Below are positions 8,201 to 16,798 of a stretch of DNA of 28,034 bases, piece by piece. This DNA is from a bacterium (lineage in GTDB: Bacteria > Hinthialibacterota > Hinthialibacteria > Hinthialibacterales > Hinthialibacteraceae). The first letter of the stretch is position 1, and every line of letters starts with the position of its first letter. The translations under genes and the position numbers were made by a program. The notes below the pieces were generated by a model. The model was not told the DNA's origin and ran no database searches. It worked only from the letters and a program-made list of their open reading frames with translations. Location of the stretch: assembly GCA_041946805.1 (NCBI GenBank), contig JBHGBC010000076.1:1-28034 (forward strand), read 5' to 3'.

Positions 8201-11165
8201 GATTCCGGCGGTTCCATAGAAAATCGGCGGGCTCCATCAGGTTCGCCGTATTGCGCGTCAGCACGCGCGCTTTCCAGGCTTCCATGGGCGATGCGGCCAG
8301 CGTGCCGCCCATCTCCAGCAAAGCCAGCAATTGGCCGATAGCTTCCGTGTTGCGGTCGTCGCGGGCCAGGGCCAGCGCGTAGGCGATGCGCTGCTTGCAA
8401 TTGGCGGGCTCGAGTTCCACGGCGCGCCCCATCACCCGCAGCGCCTCGCCAGTGAAGCCGCTGTCTTCGTACAGCCCGGCCAGTTTGATGAGCGTGCGCG
8501 CGTCGGTGGGATTCTCCTCGGCGATCTTTTTCCACAGTTCCAGCGCCCGCTGCGTGTCGCCGGTTTGCAGATACACCTTCCCCAGCATTTCATAGTCCTG
8601 GAGGGACGGCCGGCCGGTGGCGGCGAGGAGTTGCTCGTGGTACCGCTTCACCCGTTGCACATCCTGGTACACATACGACGAGCGGATCAGTTCCCGCAGC
8701 AGGCCGGTTTGGTCTTCCACGTTGTTCAGGCCGTCTTCCAGAACCTGGATGGCGCGCTGCGGCCGGCCGGCCTCCATGCATACCGCCGCCAGATCCAGGT
8801 AAGCGGACGCCCGTTTCGGCGTGGCGTAAATGCGCTGTTCGCAGTCATGGATCAACTCGTCCATCCCGCCCTGCCGCAGCGTGATCACCGCCAGGCGGCG
8901 CAAGGCCGCGCGCCGCCTGTCGTCCGTCTCCGCCAGGTCCATGACCTTGCGGCACACCTCCGCCGCCTCGCCCCAACGGCCCGCCGCCGCCAGCGCCTCG
9001 CCGTATTGTTCGTAGTAGCCCTTCTCTTCCGGCTTCAGGCGGATGGTTTGGCGGAACTCGCGCAGCGCGTCCTCGGTACGGCCATAGGTGTTGTACACCT
9101 GAGCCAGGCGGAGATGCGTTTCCGAATCGGACGGCGCGGCGCCGGTGATCTCTTCCGCCGCCTGGACCGCCTCGTCCTTGAGGTCGAGCGCGAGATAGAT
9201 GGAAAGCAAATCCTGGCTGTAGGCGCGTAGGCGGGTCTTGTCCTTGCGGATCAAATCGCGGTACGCGGCGATGGCTTCGTCGTATTGCTTGGCCTGGAGG
9301 TATTGGCGGGCCAATACGCGGAGATGCTCGAAATTCTCCGGCTCCCGTTCAGCCAGGCGGCGGTAAAGGGGAATCGCTTTCTCCTTGTGCCCCGTGCGCG
9401 AATACACCCTCGCCAGCGTTTTCAGCAACTCGAGGGAATCGGGGGCGGCGGCCAACTGCGTCTCCCATGCGTGCTGTTTTTCGTCGAGGACTCCCATGGC
9501 CTTGTACACATCGAGAATCCCGTCTTCGCCCGTCTCCCGCAGAAACTCGTTTTCGGATTGCCCGGCCAAAAACTGATATTGCGAAAGCGCCGGATCGTAT
9601 TGTTCCCGCTGCATCAAACCTTTAGCGTAAGACAGGCGGATATCCAACGCGGCGGGATCCTTCTCCACCGCGGTCTTCAGCAGATCCACGGCCTCCCGTG
9701 GATGGTTTTGCGCTTGCAGCAGGGCGGCCACTTCGGCGTATTCCTTGGCCGGGCTGGTTTGGGGATCGAGCACCGACAGGCCCAGTCTCACGCCTTCCTC
9801 TTCCTGGCCAGCTTGAAACTTGAGCGCCGCCAGGCGGAACGTCCACTCCTTGTTCTTCCCGCGGGCCAGCGCTTCTCCGTAAGCGGCCATGGCTTCGGCG
9901 GGATACTCGTACGACTCGAACCAGCCCGCGAGATCAGCGTACGTTTGCGCGGGCGAATCGGCTTTGACCACCCGCCGCCAGGTGGCCTTGGCCAAATCGG
10001 CTTGGCCCTGGGCTTGATAAAATTCTCCCAGCCGCCGGAGATAATCAGTCTCCATGGGATAGAGTTCGATCAGTTTTTCGAACAGCGCCACGGCCTTCCC
10101 GGATTGCTTCATCCGGCCGTACAGCGCGATCAGGTTTTCGTACACCCGGGGCTGGCGGGGATCGCGCTCCAGCACGGCGCGGTACTCCTGTTCGGCGCGG
10201 TCCCATTGATTGAGGCGGATGTACACTTCCGCCAGCAGGTTGCGGTATTCCGTGGCGGACGGGGTTTGCTCCCGCTTGGCGAGCAGGTATTTCTCGAAGC
10301 CGGCCAAGCCGCCCATGTCCTGATACACATTGATGAGGCTGGTCTTCAGGTCCTCGAACAGCCAGTGGCCCGGCGAGACGAGATCCAGCGCCTGCTCGAA
10401 CGCCGCGATCGCCTCGGGGAAATTCTCTTCGTGCAGATAACACTGCCCCACGGCCTGCAGCGCGCGGCAGCGGCGGTAGGCGTCCGCGGCGGGCATCGCG
10501 GCGATCCGGCGAAACACCTCGATGGCCTCGTTCCACATCCGGTTGTCACGGTAAATTTCCGCCAGTTCCTGCAGGGAATAATAATTGTCCGTGGATTCTT
10601 CCACGATCCGCCGCCACGCCTCAATCGCTTCCTGGGGCTGCCCGCGGCGCAGATAGATGTGGCCCAGCATGCGGATCAGCGGATTTCTTTTCTCCTCGTC
10701 TTGGATCGTCTCCAGCGATGCCTGCAGCGCCTCCAGGGCTTTATCGTCCTCGCCGGCCTCGTAATACAGCTTGCCCAACAGAAGTTGCAATTGGGGATTT
10801 TTCTCCCCCCGCGCCTCCGCTTGTTCCAGGCACGCCAGAGCTTGGGACGTGTCGAATTGGCGTTGATGGATGCGCGCCAGCACCACGAGGGCGGACGCGC
10901 CGGCGGCATCGTGGCCTTGCGCCTCGGCGTTCAGCTTCGCCATCCACGCCTCGATCCCGCCGCCGGTGACGTACATTTCATAGGCCTTGTCGAAGGCCCG
11001 CTCCTGGTAGGGATTCTCGCGCAGGACTTGCTCGTACCGCTCGCGGACCTGCTGATCGTGATCGCCAGGCGCGGGGGATTCGGCCTCGGCGTGAACGGCG
11101 ATAGCGGGATACGCCATGAAAATCCAAAGAAGAAGGATGGATGGAATGCGAACCGGTGCAACCAT
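2241..11165 (-). CDS. Giant secreted tetratricopeptide-repeat protein (~2974 aa) with C-terminal PA14-like beta-sandwich
   Basis: ATG 11165 is preceded by AGGAGG and followed by a signal peptide (ILLLWIFMAYPAIAVHA|E). Dozens of TPR-type helices (e.g. LGKLYYEAGEDDKALEALQASLE). C-terminal W.IAGPF...AYAKT...FYVGSDDWVKVWVNGKEV...KGGNDIL domain. The ORF-track extension to 11294 only translates the REP-like repeat. Confidence 0.9.
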   Translation of the reverse strand: MVAPVRIPSILLLWIFMAYPAIAVHAEAESPAPGDHDQQVRERYEQVLRENPYQERAFDKAYEMYVTGGGIEAWMAKLNAEAQGHDAAGASALVVLARIHQRQFDTSQALACLEQAEARGEKNPQLQLLLGKLYYEAGEDDKALEALQASLETIQDEEKRNPLIRMLGHIYLRRGQPQEAIEAWRRIVEESTDNYYSLQELAEIYRDNRMWNEAIEVFRRIAAMPAADAYRRCRALQAVGQCYLHEENFPEAIAAFEQALDLVSPGHWLFEDLKTSLINVYQDMGGLAGFEKYLLAKREQTPSATEYRNLLAEVYIRLNQWDRAEQEYRAVLERDPRQPRVYENLIALYGRMKQSGKAVALFEKLIELYPMETDYLRRLGEFYQAQGQADLAKATWRRVVKADSPAQTYADLAGWFESYEYPAEAMAAYGEALARGKNKEWTFRLAALKFQAGQEEEGVRLGLSVLDPQTSPAKEYAEVAALLQAQNHPREAVDLLKTAVEKDPAALDIRLSYAKGLMQREQYDPALSQYQFLAGQSENEFLRETGEDGILDVYKAMGVLDEKQHAWETQLAAAPDSLELLKTLARVYSRTGHKEKAIPLYRRLAEREPENFEHLRVLARQYLQAKQYDEAIAAYRDLIRKDKTRLRAYSQDLLSIYLALDLKDEAVQAAEEITGAAPSDSETHLRLAQVYNTYGRTEDALREFRQTIRLKPEEKGYYEQYGEALAAAGRWGEAAEVCRKVMDLAETDDRRRAALRRLAVITLRQGGMDELIHDCEQRIYATPKRASAYLDLAAVCMEAGRPQRAIQVLEDGLNNVEDQTGLLRELIRSSYVYQDVQRVKRYHEQLLAATGRPSLQDYEMLGKVYLQTGDTQRALELWKKIAEENPTDARTLIKLAGLYEDSGFTGEALRVMGRAVELEPANCKQRIAYALALARDDRNTEAIGQLLALLEMGGTLAASPMEAWKARVLTRNTANLMEPADFLWNRRNPESFGMKTFADYQLEAVELMTEVAKNSVGIDYILKKYFARLQKNPQDTAALRDLTQIHITLENNPAAREANQTLRALLPNDLDVFITGARIEAMMYHFEEAAALLSRAMEIQPRQKKQFQLCQAYAYAEANQLPKAMEVIDALIGENPTDAPLILMAANVIRNSGDREVMKIYNQRIRENANPAVDRETLCRLAHDQQSFGEIEEAIAIYKDLLLTEPSLVAAVPKPATLYLPQMGNRDQGYNPKYYMLYRGLEYSPYWYAWDDPRIDALCRLNNLTEYFDSPKQLFEQMRKEFEVFLTNPGGTNAQIIYDKGMLLAAQRIVKKEYEEALNILNKIKEVQSLDLHWYNSALWACFNLDRYEEMDTLYQEVEKRFPAQRVPAHKGRILAALWNDDDAKTVALLQGLEDKQLPPSLLVEMVSLLVTIDKKDMAQAVLEKHLAGLNRPPAALFLLADLYLEKQKFVEALAMGQEAWQAKAHKRRGAFDYSVSSGWGYYSNMNRDETVDESLRKLHGYYVAAGKSQELIADFEIQRASQPDSLRLTEPLLRLYQLNGETDKAIALCEAFVAQKPNVLSLYKTLGDLYIEKQEYGKVKEMYKKLVETRPYLWEFQSALSNLYEQLGESNSQEYKEWLEKNVHSTTHIYTLYDQARDYERNEDINKVIETLERINQMQPGWVNLYDLGKWYMASGDYSKAFDCFKQYLNNENAYFDHSKINQLLHIYKDTGQLNIIKKIFENKINLSRNSFFPLKLKYLLALHENCIEETRELFDQLIDADRSVIQWIREDEQYLRCVKDIPSFYQKFAQREWLGQYIGPHDIPNYGDLCLIYGDKNTAMKFYDTGFDNISYILPALIRRLLIFGYTAEAESYFSKNFTMYYKKNRFSNIYRDFASLSKYVTLASVYNDSFQMLFVNLLLHDDKPDWNVKVVLEMLDLCKQVGQYREIDQIFRDLNQTYTTNPAISLKKAECEIEAGRPENSIPIYNHLLEKDSHNWTYRKLISKAWMNTGNPEKSIEVFQSQIESNPPPKLINSLADAQNDMGWMRTALENKRKALELADASQKLFYESELFSFTALNGEMLKDCGKLEQATHRAQSQERIRPFMGMNVHPAIPDLHVGHMNYIDYLAQNAQYDELHEQLKRNPANQPWSYYTLVDEYPSYIKYFITPDRLINYPDQRIRSEYYKNGLLLHEFQSLGKGRYLLEKQRRMRQFDRSPRPSQTLAYAINLFKMGYYQKSIELCDGMLLFNRWDYTANRIKANCLIKMGRIEDAKPMIRDIKGDLSFHDEIEAIEEYARFLIESGYPEESKKMMARILTWKDIPGIKSCIGDMYYAMHDYQKTILYFSEDTIDYYTNYLYSIYFRNDISTNFGKAFAKKGEYYKAVEEWKTELMQQAIIKSYYPSLWYDLNSWLRSLRQWLFEEKLFEPARMWIAYELEKQPANIEAYRPMATACLKTGHPDEAFQAFARGYQELPVSFHDSLSKEYAVFLIDQNLSLDALGRDFTRDTGLANGLAYAFHTMSEYQDQTRARGMADQMESIPLDNQKAMVKTAQGFENLGMTDQAAKWFQQASQCKSHDWATIRDTANGLSRTGRQNEALSLYVMLLSKNLRVIFNDSETVRHLFTLADESALPHVKEAIEQFTINDTQQKLYLTLLDYYQGSKDTALAELKALQPMTMMSAIQRRMMIQVFQESGNKNNARAVLQSIATQGNPVEHFRQASLDLVRDALDRQAYAESVPCYAELVRHSTDGLAVSAADLIFDVTDEAILNPLREAIASWISAATENDRCSDLAALYIELAEKFHHPEMIEPFLQKLPMDEYEQYEARIWPGLIETWEIAGPFSCPDMSVMNDEMPTDVALSQLTWKTTDPQSTRGFISVNRLYDGNDMELTRKCAYAKTQVHFTEDREQAFYVGSDDWVKVWVNGKEVFSNLEDRYGYPDQNRFLVKLHKGGNDILIRTGHGQGPWRFGLRLDNEPPGAFALETTSSVLPASQ

Positions 11166-11212
11166 GATGCCCTCCTGGAGTATCGCGGGCTTCAAGGTCC
11201 GCCCACGCGGGT

Positions 11213-11251
11213 TTCCCTCACCCTGGCCCTCTCCCAGAGGGAGAGGGGATT
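11213..11251. repeat. REP-like palindromic intergenic repeat, copy 1
   Basis: TTCCCTCACCCTGGCCCTCTCCCAGAGGGAGAGGGGATT, identical over 39 bp to 20645-20683, with hairpin CCCTCTCCC-AGA-GGGAGAGGG. Confidence 0.85.
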
Positions 11252-11289
11252 TGGATTCCTCCCGCCAGATGGACGGTCCGGATACCAAT

Positions 11290-11317
11290 CCCAATTCCTG
11301 GAACCCAATTCCTGGAA
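11290..11317. repeat. 14-bp tandem direct repeat
   Basis: CCCAATTCCTGGAA x2, between the vWA and TPR genes. Confidence 0.8.
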
Positions 11318-11368
11318 AAGATGTCCGTATTTGCCCTGAGAACCCTCATTCTGAACGAGACAAGAATC

Positions 11369-13981
11369 TCAGCCGTAGCGTTGCGTGGACGACTTGAACA
11401 GCCCGTGGCCGGCCAGATCCAGGCGGCGCAGCGCGACATCCGCCAGGAAGAGCAACAAGGCGGCCATGATCAGCCACGGCCACAGTGGGGTCCGGATCGT
11501 GATCTGCTCTTCATCCGAAACCTGGAACAATTCGTCGGCCGTAGGGTTGTATTTTCCCCCCGAGACCGCGGCCAACGATTTCAAGAATTCTTCGTTCACG
11601 GAGAGATGCCGGTACTCGGGCTTGTACGATATCGTGAGGCCGCGGGTGTAATCGGAAACCGTTTCCTCTTCCCCGCCCTCGATGCTTTTTTTCTGCTTCA
11701 CCACGAACAAGTAACTGCCGGTTTGGTCCGCCGGAAATTCCGTCTCGTACCGGCCGGGGGCGGTTTGCGGCAGGCGGAGAGCCGTTTTGCTTTGATCGGG
11801 CCGCATCAGCAACACATCCGTTTTCAGCTGGTTGACGAATTGACCCAATTCGTTGGAATTGTCGATCACCATTTTCATCCGGCCTCCCCGCGTCACGAAT
11901 CGAGTCTCTGTTCCCTGGTTCTGGCTGCTCCGCAACACGTCCCGCACCACCTGAACCCAAAACCTTCCGTAGCCCGGCCAGGGAATCCAATCCGCGGCCC
12001 ACAGGCTTTTGGCGTCGGACATAAAGGCCATGCACTTGCCCAGCCCAAACCGCCAGGACGCCAGCAAGGGATCTCCCGCCTCGGTCATGAGGATCACGTC
12101 GGCGGTGGCTTTGGGCGAAGTCACGACATACCCATACAAGTACGGCGCCTGGTTCCAGTCGATCGAACGGATCACTGGATGGTTGACCAGCACGCGGGGC
12201 AGGAAGGGTTCTTCGATCAAGGACGATTTCGAAGCCTGCATGGTTTCCTTGGTGAAGATTTGGGGAATATCGGCGGGATCGGTGGTGAAATAACTCCGCC
12301 CTTTGCCCCACTGGGCCATATCGGACAGCAGTTCGAAATTCACGTCGCGGCCGATGCCCACGGTGGAGACGGTGATCTTGTCCTGGGCCATCTGGTTGAC
12401 GATCCCTTCGAAATCCCCGGGCATGGACTGGCCGTCCGTGAGGACGATCACGTGCTTGAGGGGGGCGGGGGAGGCGTACAATTGCTCGTACGCCATTTCC
12501 AACGCCGGGTACATCGAGGTCCCGCCGCCGATCTGGATCTGTTCGATCAGCTGCGTGATGGCCATGGCATTGCTGTTGTTCTGCGGCTCGACGATCGGGT
12601 AGGCATACGTATCGAAAGCGATGAGACCGATGAAATCCCGCTCGCCCAGCAGTTCCGTGGTGGCGATGGCGGCTTCCTTGGCCATTTCCAGTTTCGATTC
12701 AAAACTCATGCTCCCTGAGCGGTCGATAACCAGCATCATGGCGATGCCGGGGGTGTCTTTCTTTTTTTCGGAGCGCATCCGGACCGGCAGCACGTTTTCA
12801 ATCGAGGTGCGGAAATAGCCGCCCAGGCCGAAGGAATCCTCGCCCCCGATCATGATGAATCCGCCGCCCAGATCCTCCACGTAGGACCGCAGCAAGTTCA
12901 TCTGGCGGACGGAGACCGCGGTCGCGGGGACATCGGAGAAAATCACCGCGTCATAGGCCGCCAGTTCCTCCAGGCTGCCCGGCATGCCCTGGGCGTCCCG
13001 GACCTCGGTTTGGATGTTGTCCATTTCCAGAGCGCGCGCCAGGAAAATCGAGTCCCGTTCCTTCTTTTCCAGCAACAAGACGTGAGGCTCGCCCTCGATG
13101 CGCACGATCCCCGAGGAGACGTTGTTGTCCACGTAGAAATCCTTGTCCGCCCGCATCCGGAGCGTGTAGGAAATGAATCCCTCGCCGGCGTTGGTCTCTT
13201 GAAACAAAAGGGTGTTGGCGCCGGTCCGCAAGGCGATCTCTTTCTCCTGCGATTTGAATCCGTTGCGGAAGAGCGTGAAGGCGGCCGTGGTGTCCGTGGT
13301 CGCGTGGGCGGTCACGGAGATGGAGAACGATTCCCCCTTTTTCACCTCGACGGGGAGAGACAGATCCTCGAGCAGCACTTCGTCGCGGGAATCGGCGCGA
13401 TAGGGAATGGGGTAAATGGCGACGCCGTGCTCCGCTCCCCGCTGGGCCGCGCGCCGGGCGTCACCGGAGGTTTCATTGCCGTCGGTAAACAGCACCACGC
13501 GGTTGACCGTATCCAGCGGCAATTGCTCCCAGGAATACAGCAGGGCCTTTTCGATGGAGGTTTCGTTGCCGCCGGCTTCCGCCTTGGCCCGCTCCACCTT
13601 TTCGGGGAAACGGGGATGATGACCGGCGGGAACCAGGGTGCGGGGCGCGCTGGCGAAGGTGACCAGCCCAGCCTTGGCGGGATTCAGGGGGCGTTGTTCC
13701 AACTGGCTCAAAAAGTCGTGCAACTGAGCCGCCGCGGTCGCGGGAACGCTTTCGGATACGTCCGCCAGAACCAGGATCGCGACTTCTTGGGAGCGGATCA
13801 GCCACAGGGCCTCCGCCAGGGACAGGATCAAAAGAATCATGATCAGGGCGCGGACGGCGAATGAGAGGATGCGTTGCCCCCGGGGGTTGTCCACCAGGGT
13901 ATGCCGCGCCGCCAGGGCCACTCCGGCCAGGGCGAACAGAAAGAACAACAAGGAGGGATTTTCGAATTCCAGCATGCTCAT
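11369..13981 (-). CDS. Membrane-anchored double vWA-domain protein with central GATase-like (DUF1355-type) region
   Basis: N-terminal TM helices; MIDAS 1 DVSES...LFTDGNET; YDAVIFSDV...GGGFIMIGGEDSFGLGGY; MIDAS 2 DRSGS...GGGT...LTDG; LLASWRFGLGK...W; C-terminal TM (PLWPWLIMAALLLFLADVALRR). ATGA overlap with the upstream stop. Confidence 0.9.
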   Translation of the reverse strand: MSMLEFENPSLLFFLFALAGVALAARHTLVDNPRGQRILSFAVRALIMILLILSLAEALWLIRSQEVAILVLADVSESVPATAAAQLHDFLSQLEQRPLNPAKAGLVTFASAPRTLVPAGHHPRFPEKVERAKAEAGGNETSIEKALLYSWEQLPLDTVNRVVLFTDGNETSGDARRAAQRGAEHGVAIYPIPYRADSRDEVLLEDLSLPVEVKKGESFSISVTAHATTDTTAAFTLFRNGFKSQEKEIALRTGANTLLFQETNAGEGFISYTLRMRADKDFYVDNNVSSGIVRIEGEPHVLLLEKKERDSIFLARALEMDNIQTEVRDAQGMPGSLEELAAYDAVIFSDVPATAVSVRQMNLLRSYVEDLGGGFIMIGGEDSFGLGGYFRTSIENVLPVRMRSEKKKDTPGIAMMLVIDRSGSMSFESKLEMAKEAAIATTELLGERDFIGLIAFDTYAYPIVEPQNNSNAMAITQLIEQIQIGGGTSMYPALEMAYEQLYASPAPLKHVIVLTDGQSMPGDFEGIVNQMAQDKITVSTVGIGRDVNFELLSDMAQWGKGRSYFTTDPADIPQIFTKETMQASKSSLIEEPFLPRVLVNHPVIRSIDWNQAPYLYGYVVTSPKATADVILMTEAGDPLLASWRFGLGKCMAFMSDAKSLWAADWIPWPGYGRFWVQVVRDVLRSSQNQGTETRFVTRGGRMKMVIDNSNELGQFVNQLKTDVLLMRPDQSKTALRLPQTAPGRYETEFPADQTGSYLFVVKQKKSIEGGEEETVSDYTRGLTISYKPEYRHLSVNEEFLKSLAAVSGGKYNPTADELFQVSDEEQITIRTPLWPWLIMAALLLFLADVALRRLDLAGHGLFKSSTQRYG

Positions 13982-15855
13982 TCGATCATCCGCCTATGGA
14001 AAAACACCCATTCCGTAATGGAAAACAGCAATCCAAGAAATACGAGCGCAAACCACGGTTCAGCGCCCAAACGGAAGTTCGTTTGAATCAACGGCAACGG
14101 TAACTTGGAACGGAGCGGGAGCGTTTCGGAAGGTGCGATGCGCGATTCGTCCCGGTCCGCCAGATTGGCCGCGAACAGCGGCCGCGTGAAGCCATCCGGC
14201 AATTCGCCCCGGTAAATCCCGGCCTGGTCCACGGGAATCCAGGGCTTTTGCGGATCCAGCGGGATCTTGACGCCATCCGGTTTGAGGATGGTGGTCACAT
14301 GCCTCTGTTCCCCAAGAACGGAATGGGTGGGGCCGAAGAGATCGATGATGGCTAGCGGGACCATTTCCCCGATCACGGGATTGATCCAATCCTCCCCTGT
14401 CTCCCGGGCGGCGAAATAACGGATGGCGTTGGCCATCAAGATGGGAAACGCCACGCGCAGCGGCATGTTCGTGGAAACCGGATCGAAATCGAACGTCGTG
14501 ATCAGGATTTTTTGGCCCTCCCTCTCCCGCAGTAAAATCAGCGGATCGTCCCACGAGGAAGCCAGCATCTGAAATCCCTGGACCGCCTGGGTGGCAACGG
14601 CCTTTTCCACGGTGATATTCGCGAACCCCAGATGGCGGTGAAGGGGGTGTGTTTTATCCCAATCGGTAAACAGCGAATCCTGAATATAGCCTCTGCGGAC
14701 CAGTCCCAAATCGTCGGGCCATTTCTGGATGAAGATGGAATTCCCCTCCGGCGTGCTGGCGGGAGAAACGCCATCGAAGAGGGTCACGTCATACATTCCC
14801 GTATCGTGATACGAGCCGGGATCGATGACCTGCAATTGAATTTCATCGTCCGTTTTCAAGACGTTTTCCAGAAAAAATTGCCCCTCGGAAACCAGAAGCA
14901 CGGTAATCGGGCGCGGCTCCGGCAGCACCCCGCAGGCCTGGTTGTCCAGCGGAAACAGGTCCGGGTAATCGAGAACGGCTTCGATCTCGTCTCCCTGGGC
15001 GCTGAATTGGTTATAGATCTTTTCGAGTTTCCCATGCGCCGGAAGAGTAAGGACTCTCATATCCAAAGTCCGGTGGTTGACGCGGAATTCGATGGGGACC
15101 TGCTTTTCCTCCCCTGTTTCGTTACTCACTTCCAGATAGATCTGAAAATCCCGGGGAGAAGATGGCAGCGGACGGATTTGAAACGCGGTGATGCCCACAT
15201 TCTCTTTTTCTTTTCCGGCCGGAAGAAAAGCAAAACGGGTCTTGGCGGGCGGGACGATTTCCACCGGATCGAACGCCCCATCGCTGGCGATATAGACGCC
15301 GGTTTCCCGCTCGTCCGGAGGCAGATAGGCGAGGAGTTCCATCGCTTCCCGGAAGCGTGTCGACTCGGGGGATGGTTTCAAGTTCCGGAGGGCTTCGGCC
15401 AGGACCTTGCGGCTGCCGGTGAACGGCTGGACGATCTCCGGCGCGGAAGCCACACAGACCAGCATCGCCGAATCGCCCATGCCCATGCCGCGGATGACCG
15501 CCAGGCATTGTTCCCTCGCCTGTTCGAACCGGGTCTTCCCCTCTTCTTGCACGGTCATGCTGGCCGACGTATCCACAAACAACACCAGCCGCCGGGCTCC
15601 GGTGAACGCGCCCGCGAGGAAGGGACGGGACAGCGCCAAGGTCAACAGGGTGATGAACAACAATTGCAGAAGGAGCGAGAGGATTTTCTTCAACCGGGTG
15701 ATGGACGTGACGGATTGCTCGTCCCGCAGAATCCGGTCCCAAAAAAGCAGCGTGGAGACCCGCACCCGCCGCCGCCTCTGCTTCAGTAAATACAACAGGA
15801 TCACGGGAAGGAACAAACTGAAAAACCACAAGGCCAAGGGGGCCGCGAAACTCAT
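13978..15855 (-). CDS. BatA-type N-terminal membrane domain plus vWA-domain protein
   Basis: MSFAAPLALW...PVILLYLLKQRRRRVRVSTLLFW...LLLQLL...LALSRP (BatA-like), MIDAS DTSAS and IASDG, C-terminal TM ending EW...RR. Confidence 0.88.
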   Translation of the reverse strand: MSFAAPLALWFFSLFLPVILLYLLKQRRRRVRVSTLLFWDRILRDEQSVTSITRLKKILSLLLQLLFITLLTLALSRPFLAGAFTGARRLVLFVDTSASMTVQEEGKTRFEQAREQCLAVIRGMGMGDSAMLVCVASAPEIVQPFTGSRKVLAEALRNLKPSPESTRFREAMELLAYLPPDERETGVYIASDGAFDPVEIVPPAKTRFAFLPAGKEKENVGITAFQIRPLPSSPRDFQIYLEVSNETGEEKQVPIEFRVNHRTLDMRVLTLPAHGKLEKIYNQFSAQGDEIEAVLDYPDLFPLDNQACGVLPEPRPITVLLVSEGQFFLENVLKTDDEIQLQVIDPGSYHDTGMYDVTLFDGVSPASTPEGNSIFIQKWPDDLGLVRRGYIQDSLFTDWDKTHPLHRHLGFANITVEKAVATQAVQGFQMLASSWDDPLILLREREGQKILITTFDFDPVSTNMPLRVAFPILMANAIRYFAARETGEDWINPVIGEMVPLAIIDLFGPTHSVLGEQRHVTTILKPDGVKIPLDPQKPWIPVDQAGIYRGELPDGFTRPLFAANLADRDESRIAPSETLPLRSKLPLPLIQTNFRLGAEPWFALVFLGLLFSITEWVFFHRRMIE

Positions 15856-15868
15856 CCCAGTTCACCAC

Positions 15869-16789
15869 TCACTGCAGGAATTTCTCGTGCCGCAACATGC
15901 GCACCACCGTATCCTCGAAAGGCATGTCGGTCCGGCACCGGACATAACCGATGGCCCTGGACCGGCAATACCGCTCGATCGTCCCGCAATAGTCATCGAA
16001 GGCTTCCCGGTACCGCTGCCCGGCCCGGCCGGTCAGCGTCACGTCCCGGAACCGCGGCGTCTCCGCGTCCAGCAAGCGGAGATCCCCGAACAATTCCGGA
16101 TCGGTTTCCTGGGGCGATACGCAATGAATCACGAAGACCTCGAATTTTTGATACCGGAGCGAATTGAGAGCAGGGATGACTCCCTTTGTGTCGTACAAAT
16201 CCGACAACACCACCGCCAGGCCGCGCTTGCGCTTGCTGCCCGCGAAGGCGCGCAGGCACGCGTTCAAATCCGTCGGCCCGGCCGCCTCCAGGATTTCCAA
16301 AAACCGCAGCAGCCGGAAGATCTTGCCCTTGCCCCGCAGCGGCAAGGTCTGGGCCGCGCTCTCCGGCAGGGTGTTGGTGAACGGGACCAGGCATACCCGG
16401 TCCAGGTTGGCGAGTCCCAGGTAGCCGACCGCGGCCGCCATGCGCCGGAGATAATGGAACTTGTAGGGCATGCCGTAATCGATCGATCCGGAGCAATCCA
16501 ACAATAAATAAATCGTGAGGTCTTCCTCTTCCTCGAACAATTTCAAGAAGAGATGATCCGTCCGGAAAAAGACGTTCCAGTCGATGAACCGGTAATCGTC
16601 GCCGGGGGTGTAGGGGCGGTAATCGGCGAATTCCACGCTGACGCCTTTCTTGCGGCTGCGGCGTTCAGCCTTCATCTGCCCCGATAAAATCTTGCGGGCG
16701 ATGATGTGCAGATATTCCAACGTTTCAAGGAAGCGCTCGTTGAACAGCGGCTGGCCGCGGTCGTCCAGGGTGGAGGAATTCGGAGTCAT
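15869..16789 (-). CDS. DUF58 domain protein (MoxR-associated, vWA-like)
   Basis: G.SVEFADYRPYTPGDDYRFIDWN...KLFEEEED...LLDCSGS and VVLSDL signatures. Confidence 0.92.
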   Translation of the reverse strand: MTPNSSTLDDRGQPLFNERFLETLEYLHIIARKILSGQMKAERRSRKKGVSVEFADYRPYTPGDDYRFIDWNVFFRTDHLFLKLFEEEEDLTIYLLLDCSGSIDYGMPYKFHYLRRMAAAVGYLGLANLDRVCLVPFTNTLPESAAQTLPLRGKGKIFRLLRFLEILEAAGPTDLNACLRAFAGSKRKRGLAVVLSDLYDTKGVIPALNSLRYQKFEVFVIHCVSPQETDPELFGDLRLLDAETPRFRDVTLTGRAGQRYREAFDDYCGTIERYCRSRAIGYVRCRTDMPFEDTVVRMLRHEKFLQ

Positions 16790-16798
16790 GGCGGTTGG

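Noticed and set aside
11166..11294. N-terminal 43-aa extension of the TPR ORF, and similarly ORF 20499-20798
   Set aside because: Both translate the REP-like repeat (SPLPLGEGQGEG). The RBS and signal peptide support ATG 11165 as the TPR start.
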